IMG/VR virus record: IMGVR_UViG_3300020457_000007
Coordinates: 23,786-87,785 of that record
Length of the DNA: 64,000 nt
From: a virus
Lineage: Duplodnaviria; Caudoviricetes
Direction: 5' to 3' (one strand)
Each line of letters starts with the position of its first letter. Position 1 is the stretch's first letter. Below, one piece after another: positions 1-8,800 of this stretch. Position numbers and translations under genes: made by a program. The notes under the pieces were generated by a model that saw only the letters and a program-made list of their open reading frames with translations, searched no databases and was not told the DNA's origin.

Positions 1-688
1 CCGCAGCAATCGAAGCAGTAGTTGTTACTGTAGGTATAGATGGTAGAAATTGCTCTATTGTTGGAACAGGTTCCCATATGGTTTCACATATCTTACCATC
101 AGGTGTCAGTTTATATTCTTTAACTTTCTCTGTACCCTCCTGATTCAGGTCTCCAATGCGTCTTGCATTAATAGGAGGGCATTCTACCTCATCTTCTCCA
201 CCTCCTGTTGGAGGCGGTTCTGGAGTGTCTAGATCAGGAGCTGGTGGTGGATCACCTGTATCTACTCCACCTGCATCTGGTTCATCTTGCGTAATAGTTT
301 GCCAAGTTAGTTCTCTATAATCATAGTCAGGTGGTTCATAATAAGGAGCACCTGCATCACACAATACTGTATTGCCTTTAGGGTCGTCATCGACCAGCAT
401 CTTATTTCTTGATCTCTGCTTTACATTCTCCTTGTGTACCTTTACACAACCAGGCATATTAACTATAGGAGTACCAGCTAGGACAGTTACAGGAACTGTT
501 ACTGGTATAGCTTGTGGTGGTTCTATTATCCACGCACGTGCATCAGCAATACCTCTAACACCTATACGATTAATTCCTGTCTCTTCTGCTTTGAGTGTCC
601 CAATAAAACGAATTCCAGTACCGTTAACTTGAATGTTAGGGATACTGGAATTGCTTGTATTAGGAATAAATGGAATATTATTTTCCAC
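1..688 (-). CDS. Conserved cyanophage hypothetical protein, Pro-rich (partial; runs off window start)
   Basis: Not in ORF track. Read manually from GTG at 688: MENNIPFIPNTSNSSIPNIQVNGTGIRF...PIVNMPGCVKVHKEN...LCDAGAPYYEPPDYDY...ECPP...FLPSIPTVTTTASIAA, open to the window edge. Confidence 0.75.
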   Translation of the reverse strand, partial: MENNIPFIPNTSNSSIPNIQVNGTGIRFIGTLKAEETGINRIGVRGIADARAWIIEPPQAIPVTVPVTVLAGTPIVNMPGCVKVHKENVKQRSRNKMLVDDDPKGNTVLCDAGAPYYEPPDYDYRELTWQTITQDEPDAGGVDTGDPPPAPDLDTPEPPPTGGGEDEVECPPINARRIGDLNQEGTEKVKEYKLTPDGKICETIWEPVPTIEQFLPSIPTVTTTASIAA

Positions 689-944
689 TTTGAGGTATCA
701 CCTGTTTGTAATTTTGAGTTGGTGGTTTTATTCCTTTCACAGGACCACTGGTTGATGGCCAAGCATTCACTAATTGTAGATATACTTCTTCTCTAACTAC
801 CTGTCTGATTGCTTCTATCTTTTCAGATTCTCTCTTCTGAGGACCACCAGTTTGTTGGTCGATGAGATGATTCCCACCGACCGTAGCACCAGTACCTATA
901 ACTGCTGCTGCTGTTACTCCTGTAGTTACTTTTTGGAAGTCCAT
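678..944 (-). CDS. Hypothetical protein with N-terminal hydrophobic segment
   Basis: 88-aa ORF, overlaps or abuts both neighbours in the operon. Confidence 0.7.
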   Translation of the reverse strand: MDFQKVTTGVTAAAVIGTGATVGGNHLIDQQTGGPQKRESEKIEAIRQVVREEVYLQLVNAWPSTSGPVKGIKPPTQNYKQVIPQSGK

Positions 945-1210
945 TACCTTGGACCAAATGCTTGATCTGGTGAGGGGGAAGGAGCGAGATCAGGAGCACC
1001 TAGATTTCCGAAGTCAGGATCCATTGGCATCTTTGGTACTGCACCACCTAGTGCACCACCACCTGCACCACCAAGTACTGAACCAAGTGCCTTCTCTTTA
1101 ATGTCTTCTATGATGGCATCCTTTTGAGAATAAAGATAAAAACCACCACCAACAACGGCACCAGATACAACGAAAGACGTAATAGCAAGTACATTAATAA
1201 TTTTTTGCAT
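944..1210 (-). CDS. Membrane-anchored hypothetical protein
   Basis: N-terminal TM helix (IINVLAITSFVVSGAVVGGGFYLY), Gly/Pro-rich tail; CTAAATA upstream at 1233-1239. Confidence 0.75.
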   Translation of the reverse strand: MQKIINVLAITSFVVSGAVVGGGFYLYSQKDAIIEDIKEKALGSVLGGAGGGALGGAVPKMPMDPDFGNLGAPDLAPSPSPDQAFGPR

Positions 1211-1239
1211 AATAAATTTTAATACTCTGATCTATTTAG

Positions 1240-1860
1240 CTACTCTTCACAAGCGTCTGCAAAATCAGCAGCCATATTGCCACCGAGTTCAGCACCTTGG
1301 TTTCCACCAAACATTGCTACCCAACCAGCAGCCAACCATCCTACGAATGGTATACCTGATACAGCAGGTGCAGCAGCTGCTCCAACGCTAGTGCCTACAA
1401 GTCTTCCTGTTTGTTCTCCACCACCTACTGCCTTTATACAGGCTTCAGTTTTAGCAGTTACATTTCCATCTGCATCTGACTTACCTCCTGTAACAGCTAA
1501 TGCAGCAGGGTCGATCCAAGCACTCCGTGTGGATACAGGTCCACCGTGATGGAACGCACCGTCCATTGTGTACTGTGAAACTACTTTCTTATTCTCATTA
1601 GCGAGTCCAAGGAACCCACCTTTCTCTTTAATTAATTCCTCTCTCCACATCACCTTAGGATCGTTAGCACGATATGCTACCTTATATCCTTCTTCGTTTG
1701 CTTCTATGTGGTAAGAAGAATAAGGTCCACTAGGTAAATTGAAATCAGGTAACTTACTATTATTTTTAGTAGAGAGCATTCCAATCATACCTATATGACT
1801 AATGCCTAGGAGACCGCCAGCTCCCAAAGCAAACCATTTTGTCCAGTTAATTTTTTCCAT
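1240..1860 (-). CDS. Membrane protein with C-terminal glycine-zipper-like segment
   Basis: N-terminal TM; GRLVGTSVGAAAAPAVSGIPFVGWLAAGWVAMFGGNQGAELGG. Confidence 0.75.
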   Translation of the reverse strand: MEKINWTKWFALGAGGLLGISHIGMIGMLSTKNNSKLPDFNLPSGPYSSYHIEANEEGYKVAYRANDPKVMWREELIKEKGGFLGLANENKKVVSQYTMDGAFHHGGPVSTRSAWIDPAALAVTGGKSDADGNVTAKTEACIKAVGGGEQTGRLVGTSVGAAAAPAVSGIPFVGWLAAGWVAMFGGNQGAELGGNMAADFADACEE

Positions 1861-1875
1861 AATAACCTCAAAGTG

Positions 1876-2283
1876 TTATAACGTATATTTTTTGTCTGCG
1901 TCTTTAGGTGACTCAGCAATAATTTTTAATGGTGCTTGTTCTATAACAATAGTTTGTGTAGGACCGCCATTCTTTCCTACTCCATTACCATTGCCATTAC
2001 CATTCATTTTCATTGTACCATCACCTTTCTTACTAGCTGTCTGAATTCCGAAGCTAGCTAGCACCCCAGTAAATACTGAAGCTATGAAAGTTGGGTCAAT
2101 TTTTTGTTGCGGAACTCCAGGAATTGCAACGTAATTTAAAGTCAATATACCCCCAGACCACACTAGTACACCCAATCTCACGAAAGTGGAGATTATGGCA
2201 GCCTGTTCATCTTCATCTGGTAGTATCTTGTCTTTTAGTTTCTGAAGTGGCCCTTTTGTGTCCACTTTTTTATCATCAGCCAT
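1876..2283 (-). CDS. Two-TM membrane protein, conserved in cyanophages
   Basis: VRLGVLVWSGGILTLNY and IDPTFIASVFTGVLASFG hydrophobic segments. Confidence 0.75.
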   Translation of the reverse strand: MADDKKVDTKGPLQKLKDKILPDEDEQAAIISTFVRLGVLVWSGGILTLNYVAIPGVPQQKIDPTFIASVFTGVLASFGIQTASKKGDGTMKMNGNGNGNGVGKNGGPTQTIVIEQAPLKIIAESPKDADKKYTL

Positions 2284-2683
2284 CGGTAGTTTCCTCTACT
2301 TTTTTTAACATTTTTGCTAGTTCAGCAGTGCTACCAACAAACATAGTGTTGTTGACAGTAGACGGACCTTTTGATGGCCCTTCTTCTTTGACTTCTTTAG
2401 TCTCTTTTTGTAACTTCATCAACTTGTCAGTTGTATCCGCTACGTTCTTAATCATCAAGGCTGCTACTTCATATGCTCTCGGATGATCCGATGATGCTGC
2501 AACATCAAGAATACCGTTAAGTGCTTCTTGACCTTTATCGATTAGATTATATAGCTGACCACGTGTGTATTCGTAGTCTTGAGTGACATCTTCTTTCACT
2601 TCACGTTGAGGTTTTGCAATAACGTCTACCGTCTCCTCAGGGAGATTTAAGATGTCTTGCATATTATCATCTAGTTTGCTCAT
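2276..2683 (-). CDS. gp16: Terminase small subunit
   Basis: DYEYTRGQLYNLIDKGQEALNGILDVA..SDHPRAYEV and NNTMFVGSTAEL motifs; directly downstream of gp15. Confidence 0.9.
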   Translation of the reverse strand: MSKLDDNMQDILNLPEETVDVIAKPQREVKEDVTQDYEYTRGQLYNLIDKGQEALNGILDVAASSDHPRAYEVAALMIKNVADTTDKLMKLQKETKEVKEEGPSKGPSTVNNTMFVGSTAELAKMLKKVEETTDG

Positions 2684-3474
2684 AACATTTCAAATCCTTC
2701 GTTGAAACCGAAGTTGTCATCTGGTTGTACAAGAGCATCATCTAATGCATCGATGTTACCATCAGCATTCTTATCCTCCAGTGCCTTAGGAGTATAAGTG
2801 AGTCTTGTATCCTTACGTCTAGATGTATCACCCAACGTACCAATTTCTGCAATAGACTTCTTGATAACACCAATATTGGTAACAGGACCATAGAGGTATG
2901 TCTTGACAGTAAACTGCATACGATACTCTAAGTAACGACGGTTAAGAAAACTACCGTCATAGGTATCAGTATAATCAACACTGTTGAGAACAACTGGACA
3001 ATCCTTTATCTCATCCATATCAGGAATCATCTTGATGGGAAGGTTAAAGGATGGTTGGAAGTAAGGTAAGATCTGTTCTAAGATACCAAGACCATCGTCT
3101 TGTGACTTAGCTAGTATACCTAATTCAAAACCTATATTGTAAGGTACTGGCATATACTGTGAACGTACGCCACCAGTAGCGTCGTCTGTCTTCTTATAGA
3201 CAGAAACAGGACTAGTCTTCCTTTGAGGATCATAGCTATAACTATTCATCTCAAAGTATATTCTTGGCAGAGTGATCTGCACTTGCTTATTGATATCACT
3301 TAGATCTTCTAGTCTTGCGAGAAACTTATCTCTAGGACCATAAGCTAAGGGTACCTTTTCACGCACTTGCTCAACACCATTCTCATCGAAGTCACGTAGT
3401 TCGATATTATTAAAAATAGTACCGAATGCTATGACAGTTCTACGAATAGTACCGTTATAAAAATACTGCAACAT
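2680..3474 (-). CDS. gp15: Tail sheath stabilizer / tail completion protein
   Basis: YFYNGTIRRTVIAFGTIFNNI, KVPLAYGP, LPRI.FE, PVPYN, EQILPYFQP motifs; gp13-14-15-16 synteny. Confidence 0.93.
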   Translation of the reverse strand: MLQYFYNGTIRRTVIAFGTIFNNIELRDFDENGVEQVREKVPLAYGPRDKFLARLEDLSDINKQVQITLPRIYFEMNSYSYDPQRKTSPVSVYKKTDDATGGVRSQYMPVPYNIGFELGILAKSQDDGLGILEQILPYFQPSFNLPIKMIPDMDEIKDCPVVLNSVDYTDTYDGSFLNRRYLEYRMQFTVKTYLYGPVTNIGVIKKSIAEIGTLGDTSRRKDTRLTYTPKALEDKNADGNIDALDDALVQPDDNFGFNEGFEML

Positions 3475-4337
3475 TAGAAGCTACCTGTCTTATTTCCAAT
3501 TTCGCCAAATGGATTTCTTTCAGAGAAGTCAAGGACATCATCTGCTTTGAATTCTATTACGGCGTTATCATCGTATTGAACACTCTCGACCGTGATCGTA
3601 GTGAATGACTGGATCTCTCCAGTTCCATTTGGACCTGTGACTGTTTCTCCTTCTTGGAAACCACCTGTAGGATAAACTACAACGAGTTTACCTGTAGCAG
3701 CATCAAAGGAAACTACAGTACCTGCACCACCGCCACTAGAAGTAAAGTCCTCACCCTCTGCAAATGTACCTGTGACATTAGTCAAGGTAATTGGGAAGGT
3801 ATATGCTTCACGTTCTAACTGATCGACTGCTGCATCACCAGTATCAAAGATCGTGTTACCACGCTCCATAATCTCTGTGGTGATCGTATAGAAATATACT
3901 TTGCCTAGCTGGAAGAAAGGCATTTCTTTTTCTACAAACTTGATCTCATAGTTATCACCTGTTAAGGGATAATGTATGATATCTCCTTCATTAGGTCTGT
4001 CTGGGAGGGATGGATTTGCTGCGTCTACTTCTTCCCACCGATTAACTGAAACAATAAATGTTGCTTCATCAGTGACTCGTAGACCAAACTTGGTTGCAAG
4101 TTCAGCACCAACACCACCGAATCCTTCTACGTTTTGTAGAAGCATTTCCACTGTGTATATAGTTGTAAACTTTGATAAAGTGACATCATTCATCACTTGA
4201 TCTTGAACCATTATACGAGGGATGTACTTGACATCACTACCAAATAGTTTAATCTGTTCGTCAACTAGGTCTTGAATAAGACCTTGTTCACCAGTAGTAC
4301 CACCGTGTAAGGCAGGGAAGTAGGTGCTAGTAGGCAT
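3474..4337 (-). CDS. gp14: Neck protein
   Basis: EQ.LIQDLVDEQIK.FG.DV.YIPR, KFGL.V.DE, RPNEGD.I..P, FFQLGK, DFSE.NPFG. Confidence 0.92.
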   Translation of the reverse strand: MPTSTYFPALHGGTTGEQGLIQDLVDEQIKLFGSDVKYIPRIMVQDQVMNDVTLSKFTTIYTVEMLLQNVEGFGGVGAELATKFGLRVTDEATFIVSVNRWEEVDAANPSLPDRPNEGDIIHYPLTGDNYEIKFVEKEMPFFQLGKVYFYTITTEIMERGNTIFDTGDAAVDQLEREAYTFPITLTNVTGTFAEGEDFTSSGGGAGTVVSFDAATGKLVVVYPTGGFQEGETVTGPNGTGEIQSFTTITVESVQYDDNAVIEFKADDVLDFSERNPFGEIGNKTGSF

Positions 4338-5146
4338 TATCCAATAAGGTCAAGGGGTGGAATAGCATAGGTTGAAAGTATTTGACTCTCAATCTTTTCT
4401 AGTTCCAGAACTGCCTCTGAATATATTTTCTCACCGTTGAGGGTGACTCCACCAGGCAATTGAATGTTCTGATACTTAGTTAAGTTGATACCCCATTGCT
4501 TCTTAATAAGAGCAGTGAGATACTTCTTCATAAAGGGATCATTGTTCATATCAGTATATGTTGTAGGATCTAATGCCCTATAACATTCGATGATAACGAA
4601 CTCGCCTTCTTTCATATCCTCAGCAGCAGTGTCGAGATAAAGTCTGTCTTGTCTCTGGTTGAATCTGAACTGAATAAATGTTCCATTATTCAATACAAAA
4701 TCAAGAGTCTCAAGATAGCTCTTGGTCATATAGTAGTTAAGAATATCAACTGCACCAAAATGATATAAGTCATTAAGGAAGATCTGATACTCAATACCAA
4801 ATAGGTTTCCTCTTATACCACTAGACTTGATACCAAATATACGACTAATACCATATACGTGTTCAGGAACTAGGATATAATTATCTCTTTCTGTCCACTC
4901 GGTTGAACTACCAGCTACCGTAGTAGTCTGGTTCTGAGTTTTAAAGCGTGTAACATCAGCAGCAGTAACCTCGTGCTTAAGAAGCATCTTCTCAGCACCG
5001 TTGTAAGTCCACTCAGAGAACTTCTGGAAAGCGTCATCCGTCAGATCATCTATCTGCTCTTGAGCTACGTTAATTTGCAGTACAGGTTCCCCTAACTGCC
5101 TCTTACAGTATGCTTGTAATTCTGCTCTCGTACTAGGTTTTGCCAT
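4337..5146 (-). CDS. gp13: Neck protein
   Basis: PSTRAEL..YC.R.LG.PVLQINV, KKYLTALIKKQWG.NL.KY..IQLPGGVTLNG. Confidence 0.93.
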   Translation of the reverse strand: MAKPSTRAELQAYCKRQLGEPVLQINVAQEQIDDLTDDAFQKFSEWTYNGAEKMLLKHEVTAADVTRFKTQNQTTTVAGSSTEWTERDNYILVPEHVYGISRIFGIKSSGIRGNLFGIEYQIFLNDLYHFGAVDILNYYMTKSYLETLDFVLNNGTFIQFRFNQRQDRLYLDTAAEDMKEGEFVIIECYRALDPTTYTDMNNDPFMKKYLTALIKKQWGINLTKYQNIQLPGGVTLNGEKIYSEAVLELEKIESQILSTYAIPPLDLIG

Positions 5147-5172
5147 TACACAATATTACCCTTCCTTTCTAT

Positions 5173-5607
5173 TTAGACAGATATGAAATGTCGCTTTAAT
5201 ACACTAAAAGGTATGAAGTAAAATTGACCTTCTGTTAGACCCATAGAAATCATCTTGGCCATACGATGCTTACCATCTAAGAGTCTGTACTTGTCGTTAT
5301 ATGGATTTGATATATCTGATATAATTCCTGGGTACAATTCAGGATCCTTACGTGCCCCAAAGCAACAAGGGCAATTATCAAAGGACTGGTGAGGATATAG
5401 ATGCTTTCCTTTCCAAGCAATGTCCTCAAATTGAACTGTGATTAAATTCTCATCTATTAGATATGGTAAACAAGATTCTATAGGTATGTCAACAGCAGAA
5501 AAAGGGAACTCCTTACGGAATCCCCAATCTCCAAATGATCTTACCTCGTATGCAGTCTTCTTATACCAAGGGTGGTGATACCACTTAGCTTTCGTTGAGG
5601 AGTTCAC
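5173..5607 (-). CDS. ParB/Srx-like domain protein (putative)
   Basis: YPGIIS...KYRLLDGKHRMAK matches the DG.HR signature of the ParB/sulfiredoxin fold. Confidence 0.55.
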   Translation of the reverse strand: MNSSTKAKWYHHPWYKKTAYEVRSFGDWGFRKEFPFSAVDIPIESCLPYLIDENLITVQFEDIAWKGKHLYPHQSFDNCPCCFGARKDPELYPGIISDISNPYNDKYRLLDGKHRMAKMISMGLTEGQFYFIPFSVLKRHFISV

Positions 5608-5809
5608 GCTCTGGTGCCTCTTCCTCAGTTGTAGATACAGGTGCAGATTGATCTTGTAGAATGTTTAGACCCTCTACAGCACCTTGAAGTTTGAGGTATC
5701 GTTCTTTTGCAACGGATAGTTTTTGTTCATACTCAGAGATCTCCTTCATAAGATCTTTCATTTGAGTCGAGAAGTTTAGAATTAATTCTGAAGTTTTGTC
5801 AGTAGTCAT
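5585..5809 (-). CDS. Small coiled-coil hypothetical protein
   Basis: KERYLKLQGAVEGL coiled coil; start placed at MTTDK because the longer ORF start overlaps a terminator. Confidence 0.65.
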   Translation of the reverse strand: MTTDKTSELILNFSTQMKDLMKEISEYEQKLSVAKERYLKLQGAVEGLNILQDQSAPVSTTEEEAPERELLNES

Positions 5810-5821
5810 TTTTATTGGTTG

Positions 5822-5852
5822 AAAATAAAAAGGAGGGTTGTTATAACCCTCC
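5822..5852 (-). terminator. Rho-independent terminator
   Basis: Minus strand GGAGGGTT-ATAAC-AACCCTCC followed by TTTTT, downstream of the 1792-aa gene. Confidence 0.8.
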
Positions 5853-5884
5853 AATTATATGCGATATTTATCGAAGTGTCAAGG

Positions 5885-8800
5885 TTATGCCTGTGACTCA
5901 CTCCAAGAAATACGTCCTGTAACTGTGAATGGGTTGGAGTTATCAACACCCGTCAAGTCAACAGGTTCTGCGGTAACCGTTAGTAGGTCAGGTCCGTTCG
6001 GGAAGATACCGTCACCACCAAGGATGGAGTTACCCATCTCAATGATAGAACTAATATCGTAGGAAGTAGCACCTGTACCACGCTTACCTGTGTTGTCAAT
6101 CTGACCACCTGCTGCACGGAAGGAGAAGATCTCAAGTCCACCAGCGTAGGTGTCGTCATTCGTGTGTTTAATCAACTGTGATAGAGATGGAGGTGCCACG
6201 TCTAAGTAAGAGTCAGTTGATAGAGATGGGTTCAGGATTAGTTTTACTTCGCACTCGTGTGTGTTAACAACGTCGAGAGAGTTGAGCTGCAACTGCATTC
6301 GGTTGATAATCTCACGTTCACCCAAGTTACCAGATAGAGACGAGTCAACAGAAGGTGACAGTCTAATTGATACAAGAGGTATCTGCGAAGGAACGGTGTT
6401 GTCAGTACCAGCTGGTGCACCAACAGCGAACTGTGTGCCGTTTGGAACTGCTGGATTACCAAGAGCATTATTGATAATGCTAACACCTTGGTTGTACTGG
6501 AACGTTGTGTTACCGTTAGTATCGATGTACTGGAAGTCAACCTCTAGGTTACCACCTGAGATTCTTGATCTGTAGATTGCACGACCGTCAACGAACCATC
6601 CGTTAGCTGTACTTGCCTGATACACTGTAGTACCCTGCGTTAGCTTAGATGACTCACCAGTTGGGAAGTAAGTTCTGAGATAGAATCTCATATTACGTGA
6701 CCAACCTTCTCCGATCTGCCACTGCGAGCGAACGATTGATTGAGACTGAGTAGTTGCGTTCTGTGACACTTCGTTGGTGAACTTAAGCAAGTTACCAGAC
6801 GCTGTGAAGAGGTACGCTTTGTCAGAGTCAAATCGACCATCAGTGATGATAGAAGTACCCCAGTGGAACAGACTTGGAATGTATGATGGAATTCCAGTGT
6901 TGTGAATCTCGTAACGAGCAGGGAGGTTACCTGATCTGAAGTATGCTTCAGTCAAGCGGTTGTTGTGCTTGAATTCGTGTACGTACTTGACGTGACCATT
7001 TTGATCTTTGAATCCAAAGCGAATTTTACCTGCTCCATACCAAGAGTAATCCATATATGCCATCTGGATCTTAGTGATGTCCAGAATGAATCCAGACTTA
7101 CCAGAACCATCGCACTTATCGACGTTCCACTCACCTTGAGGGATCTTGGTATCGATTGTCTTGGTTAGAATAATGTTTGCAGCAGTAATACCCTTGTACT
7201 GTGGCTGAATGATCAAGCTATCGTTGTTAACAACTCGGATAACCTTATGTGACTGTCCACGAATAACGATGTACTCACCAGCTACTATCTGTGATAGGAA
7301 TGATGTATCAGAACCTGTTACAACGTTAGAACCCTTACTTACAGATACACGACCTGTTAACTGAGTAGTTGAACTACGACGTACAGCACTCAATACAGCA
7401 CCATTATACTCGAAGAACATACCGTTCTGGAAGTCAAACATACCACAACGTACATTAGAGTTAGTCCAGTTGATTACGTGGTATCCAGTAAATCCACCAG
7501 CAGCAGACGAGGTTGGTGCCTGATCTAGGTTATAACTGAATGTGAATGCGTCATAGATGTATGCGATCGGATAGGATCCATTGTAACTGTTATCAGTAGC
7601 ATCAACGAACTCACAGTTTGTACCAACCTCAAGGTTGTGTGGGAGTTTCGTTTGTACTGCAACACGGTGTACAACAGTACCATCAACATATGGTACATAC
7701 CAAGCACGGATAGAAGGATTCTTCGGTGCGAAGTTGATAGCGAGTGATACCTGTATACCTTTACCTGACTGGTAACGGAAGTATCTACGTGTCTGTCTGA
7801 CGATCTGTCCATCAGGTGACTTACTGGTTCCGATATCCATACCACCGTCAAACGGTCTGTGTAGGAAGTATCCATCTGGACGTACATAGATCGAAGTATC
7901 GATGAAGTACTCAGTGTCACCAGCAGAGTTAACAGCACCCGTTGTGAAGGCAGCTGCATCAGCCATTAGGAGTTCAGTGTCATCCTTAATAGCAGAAATG
8001 GTTGTTGATACAATTGTGAATGTACCAGGAGAGTTGTTATTGACATATCTGAATACATCACCAACTTTGAAGTAACGTGTGAATGTAGTATCAGTACCAA
8101 TTGCGATACGTGAACCAGTATTCAATGCGATAGTACCATTACCGATAACCTGTCCATCCATATTGGTGTGGATCAGTTTCTGTGCAGGTGTCTGTGAACC
8201 GCCAGTTGTTAATGTAACGTTAGTACCAGCAACTGCAAGTGCAGCAGATTCTGCCAACTTGATATGGTCTTGGTCAACAACGATAACGAAGTAGTCTCTG
8301 TTATCTGTCAATCCACCAATGGTTGTACCACCAGCATCTTGATAGATTACACGTTGACCAGTTCTCATAAAGTGATCCTGAATTTGCAGGGTCATATTAG
8401 TCGTGTCAACAATACCACCTGACGCAATTTCTCTTGCATCAAATGTCTTAGTTGTTGGGACGATTTGGAATGGAACGTCAACAACGAGTTGAGTTTCACT
8501 CTTGACGAGAGATACGTTGTAAGCACCGTCAGTCGCACCAAAAGCAGCAGTCTGGTTCTCGAAGACCTGAGTACCAGATCCAGCTGATGTGAGGTCTTGC
8601 TCACTACCTGGGTATGAGAACGAAACGCTGTTGCCAAGTACGAATCTATCATTTGATGCTACACGGATGTAATAAGTTTGGTTAGGTGTTAAGTTACCAA
8701 TTGAAGTACCAGCAGTTGTGTAGAATACACGCTCACCGTTAGACAAGTTATGGTTCTGATAGTAAATAGTGTTCTTTGTTGGGTTAACAAAGAGACCAGT

